Origin: Podarcis cretensis
Lineage: Eukaryota
Direction: 5' to 3'
Assembly (NCBI GenBank): GCA_951804945.1
Contig: OX638151.1
Coordinates: 84,506,001 to 84,570,000 of the forward strand
Length of the DNA stretch: 64,000 nt
The position numbers and the translations under genes are program-made. The number at the start of each line of letters is the position of its first letter. Within the stretch, counting starts at the first letter, position 1. The notes under the pieces were generated by a model. That model was not told the origin of the DNA, did not search any database, and saw only the letters and a list, made by a program, of their open reading frames with translations. Below, piece after piece: positions 1 through 13,241 of the stretch.

Positions 1-997
1 AACGACGACTAAACCACTGCGATCAACCCATCTCCAGTCCAGGAATGTCTTTCCATCTGAAATGTTCTCCTAGCTGCCGAGGCTACTTAGACCTCCAGTA
101 ATTAAAGCACATTTTCCAAAGCTGCACAGCAAACTGGTTACCTTAGGTTGCTTTTCCAGTGGAAGGATAGGGTAATGAATCTTTGAAGTAACACCAGTGG
201 GCACCTGCAACATTTATTCCTTGCAATAAGCCAGACTGCTAGGCAGGGTCAGCGGATGATTTTGCTCATTCCATGGCTGGACTGTAGTGGCGCAATAATG
301 CCTGCGTGACATTTGGGATACAAACATGAAAGGAGAACAAATCATTATTAAAAAGGTTACACGATATTCTGTCTTGGCTGTCACCTGATTTGATTATGAC
401 TAACCAAACCTCTTGACAGTACAATATACTTCACAGGAAACTAGGAATACAGCAAGGAATTTTGCTATGCCAAGGAAAGGAAAGGAAAATAGAAATATAC
501 ATTGGTAGCCAAACGCTTGTGATTTGAAGTTCTCCATATAATATTAGCCAGCTTTCCTTTTCCAATCCAAATGTCAGCTTCCAAATTCTCTGCTATCTAC
601 ATTTTTGGGATAAACTTCAGGCCCAGAAGCATATTGGTAAGTCCGTGGAATTTCTTTCTCTCTACCTTGACATTTTAGAAGGTATTTCCAAGTAATGAGC
701 AGAACAGATTTTGTATCTTTGTTAAGTTGTGTATGTGTTTTTCATATTGTGCACGCGCACCCGTGCATGCACACACATTCTTTTGAATGCCACAAAGAAC
801 TAAAGCAGAGCATGCGTCTGATTCTAGAGTATCAAAGCATGCCTGCATGTGACTTTTTCAGTGGTTGCCCGGGCTCATTGACCTGGATTATGCATTCATG
901 TTCATCACTTGATGACTGACTGCAGTGATTTGTATGTGCAAATAGGCCATTGCTGATATAACATGATAGATCAAGCTTTCACATTGCCTCACTTCTT

Positions 998-1050
998 AGA
1001 ATCATAGAATTGTAGAGTTGGAAGGTACCCTGCATTATCCCAATCCAGCC
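998..1050 (-). mobile_element. CR1-type 3' tail fragment
   Basis: agaatcatagaattgtagagttggaagg resembles 55551-55584. Confidence 0.65.
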
Positions 1051-1499
1051 AGAAAGCCCATCAACAATTTAGTGGATAGTACTAAATTTCTGTTTAAACA
1101 GGTTGTGAAGAGCTCCAAAAGAACCTCTCCAAACTGAGTGAAAGGGCAGCAACCTGGCAAATGCAATTCAATGTAAATAAGTGTACAGTGTATGTCGGGG
1201 CAAAAAAATTCTGCATTTCAAACAAAAATTCATGGCAGTGACTGACAGGAATGAGATCTTCGGGTCACGGCAGATATAATTATGGATGAAGACCCTGTTC
1301 ACACTTCTGCTTTCAACCACTACCTTCCCCTGGGAAAACCTGCTGTTGGAGCAATCAGCAACCAGGTTTTCTGCAGGTTTTAGCTCTGAGGAATGGGTTT
1401 TCTGGGTGAGAGTGGTGGGACAAAGGCAAAACTGCTCAGACCTGTGCCTAGGAAGCACAGGACAAGCAGAAGTGTGAACAAGCCCAAAGATGTTGACCC

Positions 1500-1595
1500 A
1501 ATGAGCAGCGACTGGCTTTGAAAAAGGCAGATTTCATGCTAGGTATCATTAGGAAAGGGATTGCAAATAAAACTGTTGATATCCTAAGCCTCATT
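1500..1595 (+). mobile_element. Old internal CR1 ORF2 fragment
   Basis: 1521-1592 encodes KKADFMLGIIRKGIANKTVDILSL, homologous to the [12 protein letters not shown] segment of CR1 ORF2. Confidence 0.65.
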
Positions 1596-2373
1596 CCGTG
1601 CCCAGTAACCATGAGATGCATTTGCCCAGTGGTGCTGTGCTCCATAGATTGCAGCAAAATACAGGCCAAGGTTTTGCTCAGTATCCTCTCTGTGTGATAG
1701 GCTCATGGGAAAAAGCTATCCCATGAGCCCTTGCAAAGGGGAGGGGGGAATCTATCTAAGGCTGCTTCTCTTGGAGCTCAGGGCCATTTCGCCTTGAGTT
1801 AAGAGGATTTGATTCTTTCCCCATGTCTTTCTTCTAACATGTAGCTAGACACATTTTGCACAGTGTCAAAAAAAGAAGAAGTGAAGTGTGAAATAGGTTT
1901 TTATATAGTTGGGCATATTGGATTTATAAGGCACTATGTAGTTTCCAAAATAGACCTCCATGGGGAAAAAAATTAAAAGTAAGAAGAGGAACACTTTTTC
2001 CTTTCATATCTTCTTTATAACTTTATAACCACTTTATAACTGGTTATGGAATTAATTATTTGACTAGTCCAAGGCATTTTGACTCATATTGAACTCTAAT
2101 CAAACAGCCTGTGTTGGTATACAATAGTTACACACCAGTGCAAAGCAAACACAGAAGATTACACAGTTGTCCCATGGTGCCTCATCTCACATTATACATG
2201 TTAAAATTTCTTTTGTTTTGAGATGTTCAGATTGTCACAATTTGGGACAGTATTGTGAGCAGTTCCACTTGCAAGCCTCTGGAAAAAAAAACCCAAATCC
2301 CTCAAACCATACCTGTTCTCTTGCTTTAGCTGCATCTTTAGTTCTGTGCTCTCTCTTTTTTAATCTACAGTTG

Positions 2374-2668
2374 CCCCCCCACTGTTCAGCCCAGACACTG
2401 AGGTCCAGCTCCAAGGAGCTTCTAGCAGTTCCCTCACTGCAAGAAGTGAAGTTACAGGGAAGCAGGCAGAGGGCCTTCTTGGTAGTGGCACCCACCCTGT
2501 GGAATGCCCTTCGGTCAGATGTCAAACAGATAAATAACTACACAACTTTCCAAAAACTTCTGAAGGCAGCCCTGTATCAAGAGGTTTTTATGTTTGATGT
2601 TTCACTGTGTTGTAAGCCGCACAGAGTGGCTGGAGCAACCCAGTCAGATTGCCAGGGTATAAGTAATA
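2374..2668 (+). mobile_element. L2 LINE 3' fragment
   Basis: Encodes SAQTLRSSSKELLAVP..RAFLVVAPTLWNAL..FQKLLKAALY; 3'UTR tgtaagccgcacagagtggctgg; homologous to 23538-23980. Confidence 0.85.
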
Positions 2669-2670
2669 TA

Positions 2671-2751
2671 CAGTGTGAGTCCTTTAAAAGAGGCCCCGTG
2701 GATACAGAGTTACACATGTTCCATGGGGCCTCTTTTAAAAGACTCACCCTG
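2671..2751. mobile_element. 81-bp Tc1/mariner-type MITE
   Basis: ~32-bp TIRs cagtgtgagtcctttaaaagaggccccgtgga / tccatggggcctcttttaaaagactcaccctg; TA TSD. Confidence 0.85.
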
Positions 2752-2771
2752 TATTACTATTAGTAGTAGTA

Positions 2772-2984
2772 CAGTGGTACCTTGGGTTACATACGCTTCA
2801 GGTTACAGACTCCACTAACCTCAGGTTAAGAACTTTGCTTCAGGATGAGAACAGAAATTGTGCTCCGGCGGCATGGCAGCAGCGGAAAGCCCCATTAGCT
2901 AAAGTGGTGCTTCAGGTTAAGGACATTTTCAGGTTAAGAATAGACCTCCGGAACGAATTAAGTACTTAACCTGAGGTACCACTG
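2772..2984 (+). mobile_element. Tc1/pogo (Tigger-like) MITE, family A
   Basis: TIR cagtggtacct / aggtaccactg; TA on the left flank; homologous to 14886 and 16105. Confidence 0.88.
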
Positions 2985-4261
2985 TTGTACATCAGCCAGA
3001 AAAGACCAAAGTAAGAGCTTGTCCTCATCAAGAAGAAATGCACAAAACCCACATGCTACCTTCTCTTCAGACTACTTTGTGAGGTGGACTAGGAAAGGCC
3101 AGGTGACAGCTGGATTACTTTAACACTGTTACAGGATTGCTCCAAATGCTTCCCGGTTGTATACAGCCAAGCAATGTCTCTACAAAATTGCACTTACTAT
3201 GCTAAAACATTCATTAAACTGCATATATTGGTGAAAAGAACATACAAAAATGCATTATATTAGGGAAACTGGCCTGCAAAGGTGTGTATTATTAGGCAAA
3301 ATTGCACTGAACTTGTACTAAAATGCAGGTAAATCTTCACGAGGACATTAAAAATCACAAACTGATATGGTGATGTGAATTTAAGACTGGAAAAATAAGA
3401 AATGGTGAAAAACTGAAATTTGCAGATTCACCCATGCCTACAACTTACTGCTTTTAATTTCTGGTTGGCTTCTGGTTTTATTTTCTCTTTTTTGCTTTTA
3501 TGGCACGATATTTCACTGTATATTGAAATTTTTTGGTTTTACTGTTTGCCACCTCAGGCATCTAGTGTGGATAGGTCACTTTTTACAATAAGTAAATAAA
3601 ATAAATAGTTTGGGTATGACTAATTTAAAGAACAGCAGTGAAAGTATTTGCCCCCAAACTGTGGTCCTTGATGAGAATTCCGTAGGTGTTCTTTAAGATG
3701 AGAATACCAATAGTTGTTCTGTAAGGCAGCCCAATGACATTTTTGATAACGACTTCCAACTGGTAGGCTCCCCTTCGTCATTAACACAATAAATCTCCTT
3801 AGACACTGAGTGGTTAAGTTAAACAAAAAGGAGGTTTTAATGGAACACCCATTGTTTGTTTTGCTAAACAATCTCTACTTCATACAAAGAATTAATTTTT
3901 ATCCAGTTAAAATAAATTCAGTGTCCACAAGGAGTCATGAGGTTTCTGGACTTGGTTTCCTCTTACCTTAATCCCACCCTGATGTAATACAGTTGGCTAC
4001 ACTGGTGTAAATGAGAACAGGGTCGGCCTGTTTTTTTTGGTTTTTTTAAGGCTCATATCAAAATAGAAAGTAGTTCAAATGGAAAAGTTCATGTCCTGTT
4101 ACTGAGTTGCTTGTGAGTCACTGCAGAAACCAATTTAGCAGCTATTGCCAAGAGTACACTGACCTGGGAGTTAACCCATTACATCCTTTGCTAGCTCTTT
4201 TTAAAACATAGTTTTGCTGAAATACAAAATCTTGTGGAAATACACAATTTGCTAAACCAAA

Positions 4262-4420
4262 TTTTAGTGTGGCAGGCCCTGCCCTGTGGAACTCCTTGCC
4301 AGTAGAGATCCAGCCTGAGTCATCCCTGCCTTCTTTTATGTCTACTGAAAATTCGTTTGTTCAGATAGGCCTTTTTTTTATTTGTTTTAGCAAGCAGTCT
4401 TTACCATTTTTTAAAATGAT
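4262..4420 (+). mobile_element. Old L2 3' fragment
   Basis: tttagtgtggcaggccctgccctgtggaactccttgcca encodes FSVAGPALWNSLP. Confidence 0.6.
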
Positions 4421-4430
4421 TTTATCATAA

Positions 4431-5366
4431 CATACTTGTCAACTGCCCCATTTTAAGCAGGCCAATGCCAGTTTGATTCCCGGGTGTCTCGTTTTTTCAT
4501 CTGGCACTCTGCTGTGAGTCCTCGTGCTGTAGCACCAGACCAAAAGACTCTCACCTTGACACTTGTGAACAGGATCACACCAGAGTGCCGAAGGTCCAGC
4601 ACTCTGGCATGACCCTCTGATGAGACCAGCATTCCTTTCTGTCTAGCTGTCAAGCATTGGGGAATTCTTTCCCTCCCTTGATGGCAGCAAGAAGCAGAGA
4701 AATAACAAAGAGTTCTTACTAATGAGTTTATTCAAATATGAGAGAGAGAGAGAGACAAAGAATGCCGTCTGTCTCTCTTAATGGCGTTGCTCCAACTGAG
4801 TTCCTTCCCCCTCCCTTCCTAGCAACAGCACTTCCCCTTATGGTGGCCGACAGGGGCTAATTGTCTCTGAGTCCTAATCTCTTGCCCTCTCAATGATTGC
4901 CGAAATCTGGGAGAAGGGGGGGTCGGGAATACTCTCCAGTGACAACGTATCAGCTGGCTGCTCTGTCTCAGTCCCCCCTATCTCTTCTCCCAACTCTTCT
5001 GTTCGCCTGTCTCTGAGCTTTGACCTTCTTCAAACCAGTGCTGTAATTCAATACTGCCTTCCTCTTCTCTGGAAGCTTCAGGAGAAGGTGGGGGGAGGCG
5101 GTCTCCACCATTCTTCCTCCATCTCATCACCTTCAGTCCAGTCCCTGACACTAGCTTTGGTGCTCTGGGCTCAGGAGCAGGGTTGTGCCACAGTGCTAAA
5201 GGCCCATCATTCTGGCGCAACCCTCTGACAAGCCCAAAGCATCAGTGCTGTGTTCTCTCTCGTTCTCACCCTGCTATTTTCGGGGTGAGAATATGGCGCA
5301 CTTCTCATGACTTGCCCGGGAGTGACGCATGTCCTGATTTCAGGTAAGAAAAGGTTGGACAGTATG
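4431..5366. mobile_element. Old non-autonomous DNA transposon (hAT-like) hosting the solo LTR
   Basis: Imperfect TIRs catacttgtcaac / gttggacagtatg, related to the 24154 MITE; TSD not clean. Confidence 0.5.
4648..5150 (-). mobile_element. Solo LTR (503 bp, probably Gypsy-type)
   Basis: Termini TGTCA...TGACA; perfect 5-bp TSD ctagc at 4643-4647 and 5151-5155; AATAAA on the minus strand at 4727-4732. Confidence 0.85.
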
Positions 5367-5434
5367 TCATAGTGACTTTATTTTTTTTTAAATGTTGTTT
5401 GGCTCCTTGCTGTGTTTTTATGAATCTGTGGTCT

Positions 5435-5492
5435 GTTGTTGTTTAGTTGTGTCCGACTCTTTGTGACCCCATGCACCAAAGCACGCCACACT
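5435..5492 (-). mobile_element. Short BovB 3' end fragment
   Basis: ttgttgtttagttgtgtccgactctttgtgaccccatgcaccaaagcacgcca matches 26152-26205. Confidence 0.8.
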
Positions 5493-6909
5493 ATGGTCTA
5501 TAAATATTTAAATGAATGAACCATGGTTTGCTCCCCTCTCATTCTTGATGCATGCCATTCTAGCATTCTGCAGTATGCACACAGCACACTGCTATGTAGA
5601 GGGGGACTGGGGGTTTGGACGGGGTCTAGTGTGTCACTTCAGGGTTATTACAGCCAGCAGATATGAAAGTACTTTTAAAGGCAATCTCCTCCATAGCCAT
5701 TTTTAAGACAATTCATTAAGTGCATTAGAATAATATCAGGAATAACTCTCATTTGATAGAATAATCAAACACTTGCAAGTTATTTGATGACCACCCAAAG
5801 AAGACTATTCTAGGAGAAAATGACTTATAATGTCTTCTGTTTCCAGTAGACTCTTGAATATTGGTCCATTGAATTCAGGGGAACAAAAGAGAAATCTTTG
5901 AAGTGTTCAGCAGCTAATTCTACAGTGCGGTGGGCCAGTTCATTCTTTTCTTTTAGTAATCACTTCAGACAGCTTTGGAAAATTATCGGTGTCATATGGA
6001 GCGCAGATGAAAATACCATTTTCTTGCTCTTGCTTTCTCAAATAAAATCATCAAGATATAGTGTCTGCAATTGCTTTGATTTTTTCCCTTCAAAAGCACT
6101 CCATCCTAAACACATTTACTTGGGAGTAAACCCTAGTGATTTCAAGGGAGCCCAGATGGACTTCCCTGTGTAAGTATATTTGTCTAGGCTGGATGCCAGC
6201 GTTTTTTAGGTTCAGCAGAATCAAATGGAAAAAGTCTAAATTGTATCACTTAGGGCAGCAAGTATGGGATCAAATCATGGCTGAACGTTTCCCCATCTAG
6301 AAACCGCCAGCAACAAACTTCATGCATGTTTAAAATTCAAAAGTTCGGAAGAAATGGGGGAACTCTCCAGTGTGCTGTCCTGACCAGCAGCATGAAGCAG
6401 CACCATCGGCAAAAAGGTGTACTAAGTGATGTTCAGTTCCAAGCATCACATCTATGGAACATAAGAGCTGCTCTACAAGGGCTCCTGAAAATGGTAGGCC
6501 AGTGCTTCATGGAGGCTGTGTTCAAAGAAGCAGATCATATAGCAGTGTGGGAAGCCGGTTTAAGTTTCTGGCTTGTTCCAAATTTGGTAACCATAGTTTC
6601 ATGATTTGGACAAAAAGGAAAACGGTGGTTAAGTGAAGATTTCCTGGTTTTATCGCTGCATGTCTCACAGGGGGAAGCAAGGGGACTGCGTGCCCAGCCA
6701 AAAGGCTCGTTCATTCCTATTAAGTTGTGATATTATATTCCAGAGACTCATAAGCAGTTCATGACAGCATCCGTTATCCCTTCATATAACTTATCTGCAT
6801 CAAGTAATCAGAGAGCTAGTGAAAATTAAGGCTGCCTTTTTAGGAATCGCTTTTATGTAACATTCTTGCTCATTTTATTTGTGCAGAGGAGAAATCAGGT
6901 CCAAATGTT

Positions 6910-7052
6910 CTTAGTTGCTTAGAGCCTGGTGCTGATAACGCTAAGGTTGTAGGTTTGACCCCCTTATGGGACAGCTGCATATTCCTGCATTGCAGGGGTT
7001 GGACTAGATGTTCCTCAAGGTCCATTCCAAATCTGCAGTTCCATGATTCTGT
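6910..7052 (+). mobile_element. tRNA-derived SINE with CR1-type 3' tail
   Basis: A/B-box-like head, core gggacagctgcatattcctgcattgcagggg, and CR1-like end ttggactagatg..ttccaaatct..atgattct. Confidence 0.8.
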
Positions 7053-10000
7053 TATTCCACATTGATTTTCAAAAGCTTTTCAGGTTTTCGTAGCATGAAT
7101 AAATGAATGAACTGGGATGGGGGGGGGGGAGCTTCCAAAGTACGTCAAAATGAAACGACAATAACACTGTTACTTCCTCTTTGCTTTCTGAATGATGAGG
7201 AATTCCAGGGGCATTTAAATGGCTTTGGGTGAGAGAGTCCTGTAGACTTATAATATCTATATAATATTTGCTTCATGTACCTGCTTACATATAAGCAAGT
7301 TGAGCACTGTGGAAGGAAATAGGCACTCCTATAGCAGGGAGCCAACTTGTTGTCATTTCTTCACCACATTCCAGAGAAGCCCTCCTAAGGTATTTTGCCA
7401 GCCAATTCATCGGTTCCTCTTTCTGCTAGTATATGATTCTTTTTAAATAACTACCAAATTGTCTCCAACCAGTTTTACCACTCCCCCTTTCAGTAGCAGG
7501 AGGGTGTCACCTTTCTGAACTCAGATGTCATAGATCTCAAAGCTGGAGAAAGGTTCCCAGCCAGCCATCAGAAGAACATTTCCTTGTCATTAGCTTTCAT
7601 TCATCATCAACTGCTCAACCTGGAATCTTTGCAATCCATCTTCTTAACAAATAGATGGCCATTCAGCATCTGAAACAATAGGAATTAATCTTGCATTCAG
7701 TGCAGATTGTAACTCATCTATGTTTAAATGCTCACAGATGTCAAAATTTTGAGGTAAAAAAAAGGTATCTGGCAGTTAAATATAAAGATTAACCTTTATC
7801 ATTTTCATGTCAGCAACCTTGTGTCATGAAATTCTGTTGATATATTATTATGTTTATTTCATTCATGGTTCAAATCTAACGCTGGAGTCTGATATTTTCT
7901 TACTGGATCACAGACATTTTCTCCTCACTTAGCCCATTTAACATAATTATTCTGACCCCCCCCCTTTGTTCTTTTTTGGCAAGTTTTAATCACAATGTTT
8001 CTGCTATAGCTTCTTTCAAGGTGCATCCCTATTATAACTCATCTTGCAAATTCCTTTGATGCTCTCCTAGTTATGTTTGCATTTGCTTCTTCTATGTTAG
8101 TAAATATCAATAAAAGAGAAGTAGCAATAAGAAATTCTCAAGCAAAGAAACTCTAGTTCAGATATAGGTCCAATTCTGGACACACGTGTCTTCTGCTATT
8201 ACAGTTCACTTGATTCCCTCCTCTCTCAAAAATGGAGAAAGATCACAGAAGTCAGGCTTACACACCCAGATTGTCTCATGGATCACCTTTATCACAGTAA
8301 TGGGTGTATGGTTAGGAGGAGCTGATGGTTTCTGGGGTTAGTTTTATGGAGCATGTTCATCACACATTACAATCAGCACATTCATCCATTCTATTTATAT
8401 CCTATCCAGGGCAACAGACACATCAACAATAAATAATATGTTTGTTTGTGTGTGCGCGTGTGTGTATGTGCACGCAATCAAAAACCAGTTTCTCAGTGTT
8501 GCCAAGAAGAGGGTCTCTCAGCAATCCAGTGTGTGATTGTGTAAACAAGAATGCTTTTAAATTTATCCTGAAAGAGCTGCTAAACTTTTAAAATGAAAGA
8601 GGAGAGCTCACGTTGAATACCAGTGGGGCACAGCATGCAACATGTTCTCAGCTTCTATGGAGGATGATATTATGTTCTTTTAAGAATGAATTATTCCTTC
8701 CACCAGCCTCCAATGGAAATAAATTGATAGAAAAGGCTATGGTGTGTGCTTGTGCCCATAACAGTTGCTTAGGTGTGCAAATGTGCCCATAGGTCTAAAA
8801 AGACTGGCAGCCCCATATAGGCAAATTCTGATTAAATCCATGGAATGTATTTTCCAGGGGCAGGGGCAGTTATGCATAGTCTCTTCCCTCCCTTCAAACC
8901 ATGCTTAGTGGAAAAGTTATGTTGCCTGTTTCTTATTGTCTACTGGTTTGTAATAAATAATTAGGAGTATGGCCTGTAATAAGTCTAAAAGATAGTGTGT
9001 AAAGACAAACTGTCAGTTGCTGATTAGGAAGAAAATGCTGATTGAAAAGAAATATATGTTTAGTGCCGATTCCATAGCTTTGACCCCAACTTTGGGGCAC
9101 TTTGCCTAGCATGTGAAATCTAACCCAATGATAAATCACCAGAATTTGTACTATTTGACTTTGTTAAAGCAACAGTCTGTTAGAAGCTAAGACCACCAAC
9201 TAGGTTTTTGTTGCTGCATGCGTCTCCCATAACCAAACCACCATAGCTTTTAAAAGCAAAGTTATTACTGGTATTATGGAGTCCATTATTCAGCAAGAAT
9301 AGAAGTTGTGGTGTTCATTACCCAACAATCTGTCCTTGATTTTCAGTACTACCTTATCTAGTTTCTCCGACACATGTTTTGCCAAACCCTATTGGAAACA
9401 TATTGAGCTGATCTCACATGGTATGAATTTTATAATAAACATTTCCCAGGGGGTGGGGGGCAGAATGCAGTGCTAAAATAAAATGTTATGCAACTGTGCT
9501 AATGTGCTTGGTGGTGGGGGTGATATTGCTTGAACATGGTATAGCTAGACGTGGAAAGGATGAAGAAAGCCAATAAAGGGCTTTGAGGGCTTTGGGTAAA
9601 ATATCAAAATAGAAGAGCATCTTTTGAATGAGGCTGCTATCCAACAACTTATGCTCAACATGGTAGTCTCCAGATGTTATTGGACTACAACTCCCATCAT
9701 CCCTGACCATTCACCATGCTAGCTGGAACTGACAGGAGTTGGAGTCTAGCAAGATCTGGGAGTGCATTGTGTTGGCCAGCCCTAGACTGATCGGTAAAAC
9801 TATATTTATGTCAAATGACCAAGGACTGAAATCTGACCCACCAAAATCCATACCTGGCCACATTCTCTCTCACTGTCCCATCTCTGTTCCTGACCCACCA
9901 GATTCCTCCAGGCTCTGACCCTAATGCCCAGTCTGCTGAATCTGATTTGGTGCCACACCTGACCCCCTCAGGGAGCCAGTATTTTTGTAAATGAAAAAAA

Positions 10001-12356
10001 AGCAACCCTCTCTCTGGATCATGAAGATGCATGGCTTGATGACTCCTCATCCCCTTTTCTGATGTCTCCCAAGTTATAATGGACCTCCTTTGTATCTTCA
10101 GCTTTGGCCACCAGCTACCTGCTTACTCAGCTAGCCTCTCCTCCTTGGTTACACTATCCCTGCTAATAATTTCTAAGTGGCTGAATCAGCATACATTGTG
10201 GGTTGAAAACATTTGATGTTGCCTGAGGCTGTTGAATCTTCCTCAGCTCGTGCCAAACTTGTGATTTATTCACTTGTATTAACGCATCAGGAATCAAAGT
10301 GAGTTTAATGCCATCACCCAAGACAAACACTGTTTAAATGGGCTCAAACAAAGGAATGAATTTATGGAAAGTGGACTGTTTTCGTCAGCCTGTTGCTGCT
10401 ATAAATATCCAATCTTGTACTTCAAGACACCAGTCCCAGATCTCTTGTGGCAGCATTTCACCAAATTCACTAGCAACAGCAGTGAGTTGAGGGAAGGACA
10501 CTAACTGTCCCTTAGTCACTTGGTGGTGTCCAAATGCATTTGGCTTCATCCTGAGATGAACAGCCTGGCTTCATCCTGAGATGAAGATTCTCTCCTCTCT
10601 AAGCAACTTTGACGCAGCTGAAATATCAGGGGGAACGTCAACCACTGCTATTTGAACAACCACTGACAAGACTATGTCACCAATCTTTTCCCAATTTTCT
10701 AGGATTTCTCTATTTATCAAGGTGGTGCATTCTAACCTTATTCATATAGAAGAAACATTCAGCAGCAACAAACACCCCGGGCTTCCTGCGGAGAGCTCAC
10801 GTACAGTGTATTCCCAAACAATTGTTCAAGAGCTGCAAGACTTATTTGAGGGCAAACTAACAGTGCCACATATAAGGTCTTTGAAGAGTTGCTTCTTGGG
10901 CAGCAAGATTCACAAGATCGAGCCACGTAATCAGATATAAATGGGGGGGGGGGGATACTGGTACCTGAAATATTGAGGCAAGTGAATTTGAAGGACAGAA
11001 GGATGTGTAGGTAGAGTCACAAGAAAGACTTCTCCACTAAATCACAGTAAAAGATGCTTCACATTTATCCTCCCTGCAAATTCTATCTTTTACTATTGAT
11101 GACAGGACAGCCAGAGTGGTCACCATGATGCCTTCAGTCCAGGTGTAACTGATGGAGGTTGATGAGTGAAAACTGGTGTAATATATTAGATGCACCAAGA
11201 CTTCCTGCATTTTAATTGGCATAGTCCCCTGTATTGTTATACCAGTTAATTATGGCTCTTCCTTGTTCCATCGCTAGTTCTTCCCAAAGCCTTGCTGATG
11301 ATGAACACTGCTGAGGTAACTGAAATCTCCTATCACATCAACTCCCATGCTCTTCAGCAGAGTATGAGTCTGGAATCCAATACAAACATGATGCTTTAGC
11401 TGTCAATAAAACATACAAATGATTCTTTTTTTCATCCTATTAAGAAAGAGAAAGAACAATTAAGTCAACGAGTCTGAGTTCTTTCCTTACACATTAAATC
11501 AGCGAAGGTCTTCCTGGTTGCTAATGTCTCCCTTCCTTAGACTGGGGAAAATCTGACAACACTGCTGAATATTCACTCATTTAATGAAGCACCGCAGCCG
11601 TAGCTAATGATGTGCTCCTAATCACATCAGGGTAGACTTTGAGCCAATTCTACTTTACTTATTTTTGTACACCAAGCATGTGGGAGATATTACTCTGGAC
11701 CATATTTTCAAGCGTGCACGTAAAATATGCATGTCAAAGTATTATGTGTAAACATTGCTGTTTCTACTTCCAAGGAGCATTTGCTTGCTTAAAAGCTAGG
11801 CACACAAAGAACATATGGCACATCAGTAGCTGCTTTGTTAGCACAAATGGTGCTTGCGTAAATACAACCAGAGCTTATACAAATGCAATGTACACACTGT
11901 CCCCATGAATGCCCTGCCATCTTCACTTTCACTTGCACTCTCGGCTTGCGACTGAACATTACATGTTTGTTTTTGTTTTCCTTCACCATAAATGGATTTA
12001 CAAGCCATCATTGATTCAGTTTGGAGAAAATATGTCAACAAGATTCTTTGAGTGACACAAGGAGCTAATGATACTAATTAAAGAAGAATTTGCCCAAGCC
12101 ACACAGAGAGTGATGCAATGCAACCACTTCTTAAGATTGGACTCCATTACGCTGTTTATCCTGCATAACGGTTTGCTCCTGGGTAAACGGATTGCTCCTT
12201 TAGTGCCAAAAGTCAAACATACCTGAGGCCTCAAGATGAGAAAAACAAATATTTTCAAACAGTGGCTGCACCCATGCTCACTTGGGTTTCTTTTTCGTAC
12301 ATGATGGATGCTAGGTTTGATTGGGCCATGGGTTCTCTGGAAAATACCCTTGAAGC

Positions 12357-13241
12357 CAGAGCCAGATTTAAGTTTGATGGGGCCCTAAGCTACTGAATGT
12401 AATGGGGCCCTTTATAGGTCCAGCTGTCCTTTGTCAACAACAAATTGTCACTGTTTTTTGTGTTGAATATATGCTATATGGTAATTTATGGACCCAATAG
12501 GTATCTAAAGCCATTTGCACATAACAAATAGGAGCCTACACAACACAAAACACTGTTGTTGTATGTAGGTTTTATTTTATTTGTTTTTTACAGTGGTGCC
12601 TCGCAAGAGGAAATTAATTCGTTCCGCAAGTTTTTTCTTCTTGCGAGTTTTTCGTCTTGTGAAGCACGGTTTCCCATAGGAATGCATTGAAAATCGATCA
12701 ATGCGTTCCTATGGAGACCGTCCGGGGACAGAGGGGAAGCGCCACGCGCCTTCCTCTCTGTCCCCGGACCTGTTTAAAGCAAGGGGCAGCGGGGAGAAGC
12801 TGTTGCCTGCCCCGCAATCTCCGGGGACAGAGGGGAAGCGCCGCGCGCCTTCCCCTCTGTCCTCGGACCTGTTTTAAAGCAAGGGAAGGGGCAGCGGGGA
12901 GAATCGCTTTTCCCCGTTGCCGCCCCTTGGTTCAAAAGGGGTCTGGGGACAGTGGGGAAGATGTGCTGCGCTTCCCCGCTATCCCCGGGGCTTGCGGGGC
13001 AAGCTTCGTTTTGCGAAGCAAGCCCATAGGGAGATGCGTCTTGCGAAGCGGCTAAGAAAACGAAAAACTCCTTCGTCTAGCGAGTTTTTCGTCTTCTGAG
13101 GCGTTCGTCTTACGGGGCACCACTGTATCTTATATTTTGGAAAAGTGCATCCAGGTTTTTTTCCTTTAATTTTTTTGGGGGCCCCAAGAGAGTGGGGCTC
13201 TAAGCTACAGCTTATTTAGCTTATACGTAAATCCAGCACTG
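12357..13241. mobile_element. hAT-like non-autonomous element hosting 12591-13125
   Basis: TIR cagagccagattta / taaatccagcactg; subterminal ggggccc motifs; degenerate 8-bp TSD cttgaagc/cttggcac. Confidence 0.7.
12591..13125. mobile_element. Tigger-like non-autonomous element, family B (CpG-rich, young)
   Basis: TIR cagtggtgcc..aaga / tctt..ggcaccactg; TA TSD; three internal GC-rich palindromes. Confidence 0.88.

Noticed and set aside
2167-2763. 198-aa ORF as a host gene
   Set aside because: It runs through an L2 3' fragment and a MITE, starts at a non-ATG codon, and has no splice or domain support.
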